Below, one piece after another: positions 27,533 to 36,223 of a DNA stretch of 52,473 bases (positions are counted from its first letter, which is position 1; every line of letters starts with the position of its first letter). Below the pieces are notes generated by a model, which was given only the letters and a program-made list of their open reading frames with translations, was not told the DNA's origin and did not search any database. The stretch is taken from positions 1-52,473 of the IMG/VR virus record IMGVR_UViG_3300045257_000172; one strand, given 5' to 3'. The DNA comes from a virus. Lineage: Duplodnaviria > Caudoviricetes. The translations under genes were made by a program, and so were the position numbers.

Positions 27533-28280
27533 AGGAGTTTTTGAGTTGCCAGAATGTGAGCAATGCCTGGAACATCGCCCATGCCTTCTGCAAATCTTCT
27601 GGGGTGTATTCCAGTATCAGGCATTTGCGGTCATCGGTCCCGATAAAGACATTCAAGCACCTTGCGTCGGGCATGCTGAGCCCCCGGGAGTACGCCGCTA
27701 GCTGCATTAAATTCTCATCGTACGCCTTTACCTTGGGGTCTATCACTTTCTTGCTCTTAAAGTCCAGAATTACCTCGGGATCTTTGCATACGTAGTCAGT
27801 CTTCCCCCCGTACCCAAGCGGGGAAGCGAAGGAGTGTTCGGCCACCCCTTGGGTTAGGTCGATGCCGAGGGCGTTCAGTTGCGCTTCAATCTCCATGATG
27901 TGGGGCGCCCATAGCAGGTTGGGTTGACCTTGGGTGTATTGTTCGATTGCCCCGTGCAGTTCGGTTCCTGATGTCCGGGCAAGTTCAGCGTGTTCCTTGG
28001 CCCATTTCTGGCACTCAATGAAATGTTCCTCGTCCGTCATCCCTTTGGGCCTGGGGGTGGTGAAAGTAGCATCGTACATCTGCCGGTCGAAGTACTGTCT
28101 TAAACCCGGTTTATCGGCTACGGAGGTAATGAGGGTAACAGATGGAACGGCTTTGACTACCCGGGCATCCCTGATTGTTACATTACGCTCGTTGCCATTT
28201 TTCCCGATTAAAGTGTAGAACGGAGAACCATCCTGTAGATACCAGTGGCCGCTTTGGGCGGAGAGTGTTGCTGTGCTCAA
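27516..28280 (-). CDS. PD-(D/E)XK exonuclease (Cas4/RecB-like phage recombination nuclease)
   Basis: 'PSVT', 'GTELH..IE', 'GYGGKTD', 'ILDFKSK', 'QLAAY'. Confidence 0.85.
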   Translation of the reverse strand: MSTATLSAQSGHWYLQDGSPFYTLIGKNGNERNVTIRDARVVKAVPSVTLITSVADKPGLRQYFDRQMYDATFTTPRPKGMTDEEHFIECQKWAKEHAELARTSGTELHGAIEQYTQGQPNLLWAPHIMEIEAQLNALGIDLTQGVAEHSFASPLGYGGKTDYVCKDPEVILDFKSKKVIDPKVKAYDENLMQLAAYSRGLSMPDARCLNVFIGTDDRKCLILEYTPEDLQKAWAMFQALLTFWQLKNSYVPNN

Positions 28281-28903
28281 AAGGGAACCTCTTTCTCCTC
28301 GGTTGGCGCGGAGGGCAAGGATTGGATCAGTCCCGTGCGGCCCAAGTCTATGAAAAATGAGGACGTGATGGCTTGGAATTGCTCACGGGTTAACGGGGTT
28401 TTACTGACAGCCTCCCACATTGTTGCCACTTCCAATGCGGTCTTAAGGCACATTACCATCGCCACGCCAGCCCTCCCCAGATGCCCTTTGCAGGCCTCTA
28501 CGGGGTCTTGTACGGGGTTTTGATGGCCAGAGGGTGTTGGGGTGGCGGGTTGAGGTTGCTGGCCGTTCACGGGCAGGATTAACCCCGTGGCGGTGATTTT
28601 GAGTTCGCGGGTTACGATGTCTTGGTAAGTGTCATCTGCGGCTATTGCTCCGCTCCATCCGTGCTTATCGTTGTGGTGAGCCTTGATCGTGACTTCCCGC
28701 CCGTTCATTGGGGCAATATCAGGGTGGTTCCACACCTTCAGCTTTACCTTGCCTGTGGCGTCCATTAGTTCCCCTTGCTGGACGCTCCACGCTCCTTTGG
28801 CGTTGGTGCCGCTCTTGCGGTCTTTGATGTTGAGGAGTTTGCCTTGGACTTCGGTAACTATTTCACCGGGTTCAAGGTTTAGTATGTCGTCAACGGTTTT
28901 CAT
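28277..28903 (-). CDS. OB-fold single-stranded DNA-binding protein
   Basis: 'L.DATG.V.L.VW' OB motif, acidic 'EEKEVPF' C-terminal tail, adjacent to the nuclease. Confidence 0.7.
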   Translation of the reverse strand: MKTVDDILNLEPGEIVTEVQGKLLNIKDRKSGTNAKGAWSVQQGELMDATGKVKLKVWNHPDIAPMNGREVTIKAHHNDKHGWSGAIAADDTYQDIVTRELKITATGLILPVNGQQPQPATPTPSGHQNPVQDPVEACKGHLGRAGVAMVMCLKTALEVATMWEAVSKTPLTREQFQAITSSFFIDLGRTGLIQSLPSAPTEEKEVPF

Positions 28904-29087
28904 TTCGGTGAGTGGGGTTAAGGGTTTGCTGGTAGGACCATTCGATTAGCTCCATTATGGGGCTACGGATTGAATGGCCAGTGTCGTGGTCAATCCAGTC
29001 CGCTAACAGTTCATCAAGGTGATGATGGAGGACTTTGTGTCGTGCCTTGTGCTGTGCAGGGTCATCTTCAATTTGGGCGGTGTTCAT
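28890..29087 (-). CDS. Hypothetical protein
   Basis: 'H..LH..LDELLAD.I.H...I.EL.EWS.QQ..NPT' conserved-looking motif. Confidence 0.6.
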   Translation of the reverse strand: MNTAQIEDDPAQHKARHKVLHHHLDELLADWIDHDTGHSIRSPIMELIEWSYQQTLNPTHRNENR

Positions 29088-29138
29088 TCTTTTTGATCCT
29101 TACTGGTTGCTGATTGAGGAGAAGGTTGCCGAATCTAA

Positions 29139-29348
29139 TTAGGGTTTGGTTATTGCCATGATGAATTGGTCGATCTTGGTTTGGTTCCATGATCTGTGGC
29201 CTAGTTCTAGGTCGGACAGATATGCAGCGGAGACTTTCAAACGGCGAGCCACTTCCCGCAGGCTTAAGTGTTTCTGTTGGCGTTTGTGCCGCATGTAGGC
29301 CCCGGTAGCTTCTTGATCCACAACTGTAATGTCCTTGGTAATTAGCAT
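29139..29348 (-). CDS. XRE-family HTH regulator (Cro-like)
   Basis: 'R..R....LSLREVARRL.VSAAYLSDLELG.R'. Confidence 0.85.
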   Translation of the reverse strand: MLITKDITVVDQEATGAYMRHKRQQKHLSLREVARRLKVSAAYLSDLELGHRSWNQTKIDQFIMAITKP

Positions 29349-29554
29349 CTGTCATACGACATTGGCATACGTCCGCTTACTGTCAACACAAATAAAAAGA
29401 TCATATTGAAAACTTTGGGTGTCGGTGTTGGAGTTGGGCGCGGAGGTGGTTCGATAATCACGGTCTGGCTGAGGGCGATACAGGCCGCTACGGTCAGGAG
29501 AGCGGCGATTAGGATTAGTTTGGTTAAGCAGGCGTCGCGGTAGGCGATATTCAT
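29342..29554 (-). CDS. Small secreted/membrane protein with a PTPTPTP linker
   Basis: Hydrophobic signal-like segment followed by a Pro/Thr linker. Confidence 0.4.
   Translation of the reverse strand: MNIAYRDACLTKLILIAALLTVAACIALSQTVIIEPPPRPTPTPTPKVFNMIFLFVLTVSGRMPMSYDRC
29359..29386 (-). promoter_or_regulatory. Putative sigma70 promoter for the XRE gene
   Basis: TTGACA-N16-CAATGT with TGn extension and an AT-rich upstream tract. Confidence 0.45.
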
Positions 29555-29665
29555 TTCGGGATTCTCCGATACTTGATTCCAAGTATTAACCGCTGCATGG
29601 TTGTTCCTTGGTCCACCCCGTTGTGCCGGTAGTGGAGCCTGCCATGACGTGTTGACGGGTGAGGA

Positions 29666-30118
29666 TCATTCTTTTTCCTCCGAACCGTTAGCATACCGAT
29701 ACATGCTTGAAGCATCATTTAGATGCTTGTCCTCTCCTGTACTCTTATCTCCTCTTTCTCCTGTCTTGATGGGTGATGATTTATTCCAACGAGATTTGGC
29801 TGCTTTCTCGGCCCTAGCTTTGTAGACGGCGTGAAACCCGTTGTAGTAATCCCAGTTGTGAATCTTGGGGCCTTTGTCCATGAAACCAGCAGCCAAAAGG
29901 CATTTAACTAACTCCTCAGCGTTGGCCTCTGGATAGTTAATGGCTCGGGCAATCTCGACTGCGGTGTATTTACTGAAATCTCCGTTTGGCTGGTTCGTAG
30001 CGGCATAGCACCACAACCGCTGCGGCACCCATAGGGCGTCCACTCCGATGGCGGCATGGAGACGGAGAGTTTTGCGATGGTTCCAAAACGAGGAGTCGAG
30101 TCTGACGTAGGGACTCAT
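29666..30118 (-). CDS. Phage replication initiator (replisome-organiser-type wHTH)
   Basis: 'YVRLD..F.NH.K..RL...G..A......LW.YA...G.....A.EIA...L...GF......IHNW..YN....AR..KAA..RW'. Start at 30118 preferred. Confidence 0.7.
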   Translation of the reverse strand: MSPYVRLDSSFWNHRKTLRLHAAIGVDALWVPQRLWCYAATNQPNGDFSKYTAVEIARAINYPEANAEELVKCLLAAGFMDKGPKIHNWDYYNGFHAVYKARAEKAAKSRWNKSSPIKTGERGDKSTGEDKHLNDASSMYRYANGSEEKE

Positions 30119-30120
30119 GC

Positions 30121-30241
30121 CACTAAAACTCCGAAGGGACGTTGTGCGAGGTTTGCGCGACCGAATCGGTAAAGACTGGTCCCACACACAGCGCCCTTTC
30201 GGAGCTTTAGTGCTGAACAACCGATTCGTGGACAGTCGCGC
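30121..30241 (-). ncRNA. Structured cis-regulatory leader of the initiator gene
   Basis: 26-position helix 30212-30187/30146-30121 (2 mismatches), and a crossing 16-bp helix 30241-30220/30170-30155. Confidence 0.6.
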
Positions 30242-30251
30242 ATTAGTTCTC

Positions 30252-30279
30252 ATTCTCTCAAAACCATTTTAGGTGTCAA
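30252..30279 (-). promoter_or_regulatory. Putative sigma70 promoter upstream of the structured leader
   Basis: TTGACA-N16-GAGAAT with TGn; predicted start near 30245. Confidence 0.55.
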
Positions 30280-30847
30280 GGGGAAAAAGATCGGGTGTTG
30301 TTTCGATTCGTCTTTCGGCTATGCAAATCGTGTCGTTGTGTGCTCCTCCGTGGCACACAATCAGCACCTCCGTTATCTCGAATCCGTTTTGTTTGCCTAA
30401 TCCCTGGCTATTCCAGCCGAACGATAAACAAACCCCACTGGGTTTCATCAATCTAGCGCAGAATTCTCGTTCCTTGGTCCATCGGCCAACATTCTGTTGA
30501 TCTGAAATGCCAAAGTGTTTGCCAATAGACTGGTAAACTTCCTTGGTTTGTCGTGGGGAATAAGGAGGATCAAAAAGGATAACATCGGCTTGCACGCCTT
30601 TGGACAATAGGAGTTCCAAAAAGGTGGCTGCCTCCATGTGGTAATCAGCACTTGTCCCCGGGTTCAGGTCGTTTGTGTGAGTGGCCAGGCGGCTGTTTCG
30701 GGCGAAAGGATCAACGCTAACCATGGACAAACCAAGATAGCGTCCGACAAATAACCGGATTGGTAAAATATCGAACGTTTCCGAATTAGGCATGGCCCAT
30801 TCACGCCTGAACGTGGCCTGTCTCATCTCTTGGGGTTCGGTGGTCAT
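30269..30847 (-). CDS. Adenine-specific DNA methyltransferase
   Basis: 'WAMPN..TF.I.PI', 'VDPFA', 'TNDLNP', 'LFDPPYS.RQ..E.Y', 'HGG.HNDTI'. Confidence 0.8.
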   Translation of the reverse strand: MTTEPQEMRQATFRREWAMPNSETFDILPIRLFVGRYLGLSMVSVDPFARNSRLATHTNDLNPGTSADYHMEAATFLELLLSKGVQADVILFDPPYSPRQTKEVYQSIGKHFGISDQQNVGRWTKEREFCARLMKPSGVCLSFGWNSQGLGKQNGFEITEVLIVCHGGAHNDTICIAERRIETTPDLFPLDT

Positions 30848-31200
30848 TGCTTGCCCTCAGCCTTGGAGGTTGCTGATTCGAGCTTCCTGATGGGGTCTTG
30901 AAGTTCGGTGGCGCAAGTTTTCTGATAATAAAATACCCCCTCATCCCATTCGCCATGCTCGTTCAATCGACTAAGTATGGCCTTACACGCTTCCAGCAGG
31001 TCCGGTGCTGCGGCTATGAGGCGGGCGTCCGGTTCTAGGAACATTCCCTCGGCCGATGCCGAGCTGATTCTGAATTTGTCGCATGCTGGATGTCCGCAGT
31101 TGCACTTGATGTAATGCCACGGTCCCGGCGTGTGGCCGATGTAATCCTGATTTGGTTTGGAATCTGTGGTTTGGTGTTCAACTAATTGATTCTGTTTCAT
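30844..31200 (-). CDS. Hypothetical protein (HTPGPW...ARLIAAAPDLLEA family)
   Basis: Carries both hallmark motifs. Confidence 0.75.
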   Translation of the reverse strand: MKQNQLVEHQTTDSKPNQDYIGHTPGPWHYIKCNCGHPACDKFRISSASAEGMFLEPDARLIAAAPDLLEACKAILSRLNEHGEWDEGVFYYQKTCATELQDPIRKLESATSKAEGKQ

Positions 31201-31508
31201 TCAATACCGTTTCCTTTCGGGTTGTCTGTGGTATTGGTTGGGTTGAAAGGAGCTGTGGTTGAGGGGTTTCTAGTCAAAATGTATCCTGGGGAAAGTACGT
31301 TAAGTAGGTGTTTATCAAGCCACAGGGTATGCAGGTCTGCTTCCGTGATGGGGAGAGTGAGAGAGTGGCGGACGCTGTGTTTGCGGCGGTCTAGGAAGGT
31401 TATACGGAGAGAGGGGTCTGCGGCATTCATACGGTTCATGAGAGTGTTTGGCAGACCAGGCAACGTTTGCCGAATCCGTGATAAGCAACCAAGGTGGTGT
31501 TTCCGCAC
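31197..31508 (-). CDS. Hypothetical protein (start probably ATG at 31439)
   Basis: Tiles the operon. Confidence 0.45.
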   Translation of the reverse strand: MRKHHLGCLSRIRQTLPGLPNTLMNRMNAADPSLRITFLDRRKHSVRHSLTLPITEADLHTLWLDKHLLNVLSPGYILTRNPSTTAPFNPTNTTDNPKGNGIE

Positions 31509-32020
31509 TTAGGGCACTTGTCGGCTGATCTACTGCGTTGCGACTGAGTTTCGTCCGGCAATTCATCATACGCTTCTTTCCATCCGATACCCCATGCGCG
31601 CCCTTGCTCGGAATCGGTTTTATATGGGTTTGCTTCTAGCGCCAGACCGCCAAGGCAAGCGTGTAAGCCTTGTTCCCATTCCGGCATGTTCGAGAGACGC
31701 TCGTAATCTTTCGAGGCGTCATAAACGCCAGTCTTGCTTTGCTCGGCTTTCCGGCGACCCTCGTTCATTAAGGCGCGTATTTCGGGAGTGATTTCGCTCT
31801 GATCGAAGGTGGCGCACTTGAAGGTTCTAGCGATGCGCTCAAACTCTGCGATTGCGGCAATGGATTCGGCAGCCTCGGCAAGTTGAATGTCGCTTCTAAT
31901 CGCCTTGTGGATCGTGGGCCAGTGCTCCAGCAGGGCTTGTAAAGCCTGTTTTTCGAGACGCATCATTTCCCGGTCTTTGATGCCGTATTCGTCTGACATA
32001 TCTTCACTGTGAAAGCTCAT
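31436..32020 (-). CDS. Hypothetical protein with an RMF-like 'NPY.....AW..GW' motif and a C-terminal Zn ribbon
   Basis: Motifs visible in the translation. Confidence 0.55.
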   Translation of the reverse strand: MSFHSEDMSDEYGIKDREMMRLEKQALQALLEHWPTIHKAIRSDIQLAEAAESIAAIAEFERIARTFKCATFDQSEITPEIRALMNEGRRKAEQSKTGVYDASKDYERLSNMPEWEQGLHACLGGLALEANPYKTDSEQGRAWGIGWKEAYDELPDETQSQRSRSADKCPKCGNTTLVAYHGFGKRCLVCQTLS

Positions 32021-32565
32021 CGCAACTTCTCCATTTTAGCTGCGACCTGATCCGCGTTCATGCAGTCCACACTATGTTCGCTGAATTTCCTGAAAGATTC
32101 GGGGTCGAGTTGTTTGGCCGCGAGAGCGCACACCATTAGTAGTAATTGGATTTGTCCAGTGTGCTTGCCCTCGAAAAGCTCCAAAATGATTTGATGGGCG
32201 ATACATCGCTTTTCGTTCATCTCGCGATGCCATTCCATGTGGCCTTGGTACCAGTCCGGGCTAACTTCGGATTTGCATAACTCACATGTCATAATTGGCG
32301 CTGTGGGGGCGTAGCAAAGCCTTTCGCCGCAATGGTAGCAATGCGTATTGTCATCCCGATTATCCGTCCCGCATTTACACTTCATGATGAGACTCCATGT
32401 GTCATTATACTTCGTATCGCAAAGCCAGCAAAGACCATCCCGGGTTATCGCCTTTTCTTTACGAAAGCAGTTTTTACATTGGCCAACCTTTACGCCTTGC
32501 CAATATGTCGGGTCATCCCATTGCGTCCGCTCGCCAGCTACTTCCTTGCTGTTAGTTTCGTTCAT
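32017..32565 (-). CDS. Multi-Zn-ribbon hypothetical protein
   Basis: Several CxxC pairs and HxxxH; ATG at 32565 preferred. Confidence 0.55.
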   Translation of the reverse strand: MNETNSKEVAGERTQWDDPTYWQGVKVGQCKNCFRKEKAITRDGLCWLCDTKYNDTWSLIMKCKCGTDNRDDNTHCYHCGERLCYAPTAPIMTCELCKSEVSPDWYQGHMEWHREMNEKRCIAHQIILELFEGKHTGQIQLLLMVCALAAKQLDPESFRKFSEHSVDCMNADQVAAKMEKLR

Positions 32566-32833
32566 GCCAACACAATAAGCGCCAATCGTGCCACAATCGC
32601 CAATCAATCAATATATCTAGAGCCTACCTATGAAACTATTTTTTAGAGAGGGTTCTACTATTTACGCGTTTGTCAATAAACCTCAGATTTGACTCTCATA
32701 TTCTCATTCATGCAGGATGCCAAGTATTGAATAATCTCACCAGAATTCTCCTACTATTGGCCTATTCACTTGTGGTACGTTCCTAGATTGCAATCCTCGC
32801 GTAAATTGCCTTGCGCGGCTCTGTGTTACCCTG

Positions 32834-32862
32834 TTGACGAGAGCTGCAATCCACGCTAACCA
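32834..32862 (+). promoter_or_regulatory. Candidate promoter for a leaderless rightward transcript
   Basis: TTGACG-N17-TAACCA, ending 5 nt before ATG 32868. Confidence 0.35.
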
Positions 32863-32867
32863 TCACC

Positions 32868-33089
32868 ATGTTAGAACCTCAAGAGCTGACCGAAGAACAA
32901 GTAGAAGCATTAATGACCATTCCGGTCTTACCAAACCCGTTCTATAATTGGCTGAAACTGGCCACCAAGCATGCAACTAATGACAGCCAGACAGCAGCTG
33001 TGACCAAAGCAGCACTTAGCATGGTTGGGCAATCCAATACTGGAACCAGTGAGAAACAATTCACTCGTCGGCAAGGCTTATCCAAATGA
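32868..33089 (+). CDS. Hypothetical protein
   Basis: First gene of the rightward arm; ATGA-coupled to terS. Confidence 0.55.
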   Translation: MLEPQELTEEQVEALMTIPVLPNPFYNWLKLATKHATNDSQTAAVTKAALSMVGQSNTGTSEKQFTRRQGLSK

Positions 33090-33553
33090 AGCAAGTAGAC
33101 CGTGAAGCAGTAAAGACATTGGCTATAGCGGTCGGAGTCAGGGAAGCAGCAAGACGCTTAGGGCTCAACGAAGACAGAGTCTGCCAATGGTCCAAACGCG
33201 GCCAGTGGTTTAAGAACCCACCTAAACCCAAAACCATAGCAGTACAGCAGGGTATTGTTAGCACTGTCAGCACTGCCTCGGACGCCCTGCGTTCTACTCT
33301 CACCGAACGCAGCAACGCCACGAAGCTGGGGCTGAGCAAAGCAGCAGCCAAAGCCGCAGAACATCTAGCTGAGAGTGAGCCAGTTACTATTCTAAAACAT
33401 TCCCGAGCGATGAAGGACGTGGCCAGCACGGCGAGCGTGGTACACGGGTGGGAAGCAGGGAGCAGGGACACCGGGCCGTTCAATCCTGGAGCGATCCAGA
33501 TCCTCTCCCAGCGCACGTACCTTAACCTGGGCAACGATCAGCCCGAGGCGTAA
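33086..33553 (+). CDS. terS: Terminase small subunit (HTH)
   Basis: N-terminal HTH 'GVREAARRLGL....V.QW.KR..W', helical core, upstream of terL. Confidence 0.65.
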   Translation: MKQVDREAVKTLAIAVGVREAARRLGLNEDRVCQWSKRGQWFKNPPKPKTIAVQQGIVSTVSTASDALRSTLTERSNATKLGLSKAAAKAAEHLAESEPVTILKHSRAMKDVASTASVVHGWEAGSRDTGPFNPGAIQILSQRTYLNLGNDQPEA

Positions 33554-33761
33554 CCACGTCTCCTGACCATCCACCAGAATAGCCCTTGCACGCTCTGTAC
33601 GCCTCGCTACGCCCTGTCTGACGTGGCACCCTTAGCTTGGGTAGCGGAGAGTAATTCTTTTGCCCTGGGGAGGGTGGCAGTGGTGGGTGGGGTAGGGCCC
33701 GCTGGCAATAGGGCGATGACCCGGCGAAGCCCTCTCCGAATTTATTCCCAAAAATTCGAGA

Positions 33762-33810
33762 GTTAGGCATTAACACTTGACATGTTAGGTCTTAACGATT
33801 AGACCTTAAC
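33762..33810 (+). promoter_or_regulatory. Promoter (TTGACA at 33777) overlapped by three operator-like repeats RTTAG-N3-TTAAC
   Basis: Copies at 33762, 33784 and 33798; ATG 33813 follows directly. Confidence 0.55.
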
Positions 33811-33812
33811 AC

Positions 33813-34142
33813 ATGCCATTAGACTTTGAGTCGTTTAAGAGGAACCCGAGGTATTGTAAGCCATGGAACCCACCGGTGGAGGATTTGAGCCAGGACGTGG
33901 AGGACAACAAACGTATGGCTTTAGCGGACGCTATGGAGCAATATCGGAAGTATTGTGCTCAGTGGGATGAAGAGCCGGTGGGGTTACCCGAGCCCGAGAA
34001 GCCGATCATGCGTGGGAACGAAGTGAAGTTTGATCGGAACGAATATTACCGCAATTACATGCGGGAGTTTATGAGGAAACGCAGAGCAAAACAGAAACTA
34101 GCAAAGCAAAATGAAATTGAACAAAACAGACCAGACGTTTAA
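33813..34142 (+). CDS. Hypothetical protein with a basic 'FDRNEYYRNYMREFMRKRR' helix
   Basis: ORF directly after the promoter. Confidence 0.6.
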   Translation: MPLDFESFKRNPRYCKPWNPPVEDLSQDVEDNKRMALADAMEQYRKYCAQWDEEPVGLPEPEKPIMRGNEVKFDRNEYYRNYMREFMRKRRAKQKLAKQNEIEQNRPDV

Positions 34143-34326
34143 GGATCACTTACCGGAGTATTACCACTTTGACGAGCATGAGTGGGACGAGAAGATTTGT
34201 GTGCGGGAAGGGTGCTACAAGAAGTTCCGGGGTCGGTTGGAGCTTTTGCGGTTTTGTAGTCGAGGCTGTATGGAACTGTTCTTGAGTTCGTTTAAGTTAG
34301 GTGTGATAAAGGGAACGAAGCTTTGA
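34111..34326 (+). CDS. Zn-finger protein
   Basis: CxxxxC.K.F ... FCS..C. Confidence 0.55.
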   Translation: MKLNKTDQTFKDHLPEYYHFDEHEWDEKICVREGCYKKFRGRLELLRFCSRGCMELFLSSFKLGVIKGTKL

Positions 34327-36032
34327 TCGAACGCCACGGACTACGATTCCCTAAAGACACCGACGACTCGGTAATCGAGTTAGCGGCGTTCTCGGCGTCG
34401 CCATTCGGGGAAAAGAGGTTTGAGCATTTCAGGAGGGCGAGTGAACTATGGGAGAACCGGTACCGGCCCAATACGTTGATGTGGAATGATTACACGGAAC
34501 GTATGCACCGGGCGTTCTGTTCTTCTAGGGAGGTCCCGGTATCAGGAAGCGCGGCTTCATGGAAAACATCGTCAGCGGCCTTCTATGCGCTCAAGGTCTG
34601 GCAGAGCGCCCCAGCCCACACGAAGGTCCTGATGAGTGCTACAACGCTGGACGCCCTTAAAGCCAAGCTCTGGAAGGAAACAGTCTCCTACTACCGTATC
34701 TGTACCAACTTCGGGAACCTCGTCCAATCCCGAATCTGCATCCAGTGGGAGAAGGGTAGCGATGACGCGGGGATATACGGGGTTGCGTTGGATAGTGGGG
34801 GCGACATTGAGAAAGTGGTGAATAAGATAAAAGGTCGCCATGCTCCCATCGTACTGGTGGTGGTGGATGAGTTGCCCACGGTCAACGAGGCGATAGTTGA
34901 AGCCTGCGTGAACCTAGAGACCGGGTGCGAGTGGTTCCAATTTATTGGCCTTGGCAACCCTGATAGCGAGTTGGACCCGCACGGAAGGATGAGTGAACCC
35001 AAGGCGGGTTGGGACTCGGTGAGTGTCGATACCGAAACTTGGGAAACGAAGCGGGGCGGGTTAGCAGTCCACCTGGATGGGTTACGCAGCCCGAACTTGT
35101 ACAAGGACATGTACCCCGGGATGATCCGGCAACGAGACATAGATAGGACGATTGAACTCTACGGGGAGGATAGCCCCCAGTTCTGGAGGGAACGGAGGGG
35201 GTTCTGGGCACCGCAAGGGGTAACGAAAACTGTGTTAAACCCGGCTACGATAAACAAGTTTCATGCTCGGGACAAACCGATCTGGGTTGGGGGGTACACC
35301 ATGGGGGCGGGGCTTGACCCAGCTTTCGGGGGTGGTGACCGGTGTATGCTCCGGATTGCCAAGTGCGGGTTAATCGAGGATGAACGAAGCAAGGAACCGA
35401 ACATTTTCCAAAACAAACCGGAAGGAAAATGGGCAATCGGACTCTCCGAGCTCATCACCATCAAAACATCAGCATCATCAGATGAACCTATTCACTACCA
35501 AATCGTCAGACAGGTCAAAGATATATGTACAGACCGAGGGATATCCCCTCGAATGTTCGCTCTCGATTCCACTGGGGAAGGAGGCGGTCTTGCTTCAATC
35601 TTCCAGAGGGAATGGAGTACCGAGATACTATGTGTTGAGTTTGGAGGGAGGGCGTCCAACCGTCCAGTTAGTTCCACTAATCTCAAACCGTCCGATCAGG
35701 AATATGTTAATAAAGTTACTGACCTATGGTTTTCGTTTCGCAACCTAGTGATGAGCAATCAGATACGTGGTCTTGACGATGAGACGGCCACAGGATTTTG
35801 TCGGAGATGGTGGGAGATGAGGGGGAACCTTATCATGGTGGAGAGTAAAACAACGATGAAGGAAAGGACACGCAAATCCCCTGACCCGGAGGATGCAACT
35901 GTGGTAGCGGTAGAACTATTCCGCCAACGCATGCCCGAGCTAAAAGGCGGCACCGAACCTTACTTACCTCAAAACCGCTGGCGTGAATTTCAGAAGAAAC
36001 GCAGTTTAACCCCGGAGTACGTAGCAGCATGA
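34323..36032 (+). CDS. terL: Terminase large subunit
   Basis: Walker A-like GSAASWKT, Walker B VVVDE, motif III GLGNP, RNase H-like GLDPAFGGGD, ALDSTGEG, SPD..DA. Confidence 0.9.
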   Translation: MIERHGLRFPKDTDDSVIELAAFSASPFGEKRFEHFRRASELWENRYRPNTLMWNDYTERMHRAFCSSREVPVSGSAASWKTSSAAFYALKVWQSAPAHTKVLMSATTLDALKAKLWKETVSYYRICTNFGNLVQSRICIQWEKGSDDAGIYGVALDSGGDIEKVVNKIKGRHAPIVLVVVDELPTVNEAIVEACVNLETGCEWFQFIGLGNPDSELDPHGRMSEPKAGWDSVSVDTETWETKRGGLAVHLDGLRSPNLYKDMYPGMIRQRDIDRTIELYGEDSPQFWRERRGFWAPQGVTKTVLNPATINKFHARDKPIWVGGYTMGAGLDPAFGGGDRCMLRIAKCGLIEDERSKEPNIFQNKPEGKWAIGLSELITIKTSASSDEPIHYQIVRQVKDICTDRGISPRMFALDSTGEGGGLASIFQREWSTEILCVEFGGRASNRPVSSTNLKPSDQEYVNKVTDLWFSFRNLVMSNQIRGLDDETATGFCRRWWEMRGNLIMVESKTTMKERTRKSPDPEDATVVAVELFRQRMPELKGGTEPYLPQNRWREFQKKRSLTPEYVAA

Positions 36033-36223
36033 ACTCATTTAGTTTAAAATCTAAGCAACCCTGGAACGGAGTGGCTACTCCATCTGAAATTGTAATGATG
36101 GAGCATTTGGCTGATTTATGGCCGTATTTAAAAGACGGAACTAAGTCTGACATTCGGGAACAGTTGGAGTCTAAACACCCTAAAGCGATTTGGCACTTGG
36201 ATTATTGGCTGGCTAACAAATGA
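36029..36223 (+). CDS. Hypothetical protein
   Basis: ATGA-coupled at both ends. Confidence 0.55.
   Translation: MNSFSLKSKQPWNGVATPSEIVMMEHLADLWPYLKDGTKSDIREQLESKHPKAIWHLDYWLANK

Noticed and set aside
29551-29669. Possible frameshifted remnant (MILTRQHVMAG...GWTKEQ / LILGIKY) with the hairpin atacttg-attc-caagtat
   Set aside because: Too short to support a family assignment or pseudogene call without a search.
31541-31570. Hammerhead-like words on the - strand (UGAUGA...CGAAAC...GUC)
   Set aside because: The core reads AUGAUGA rather than CUGAUGA, stem II cannot close, and stems I and III are missing.
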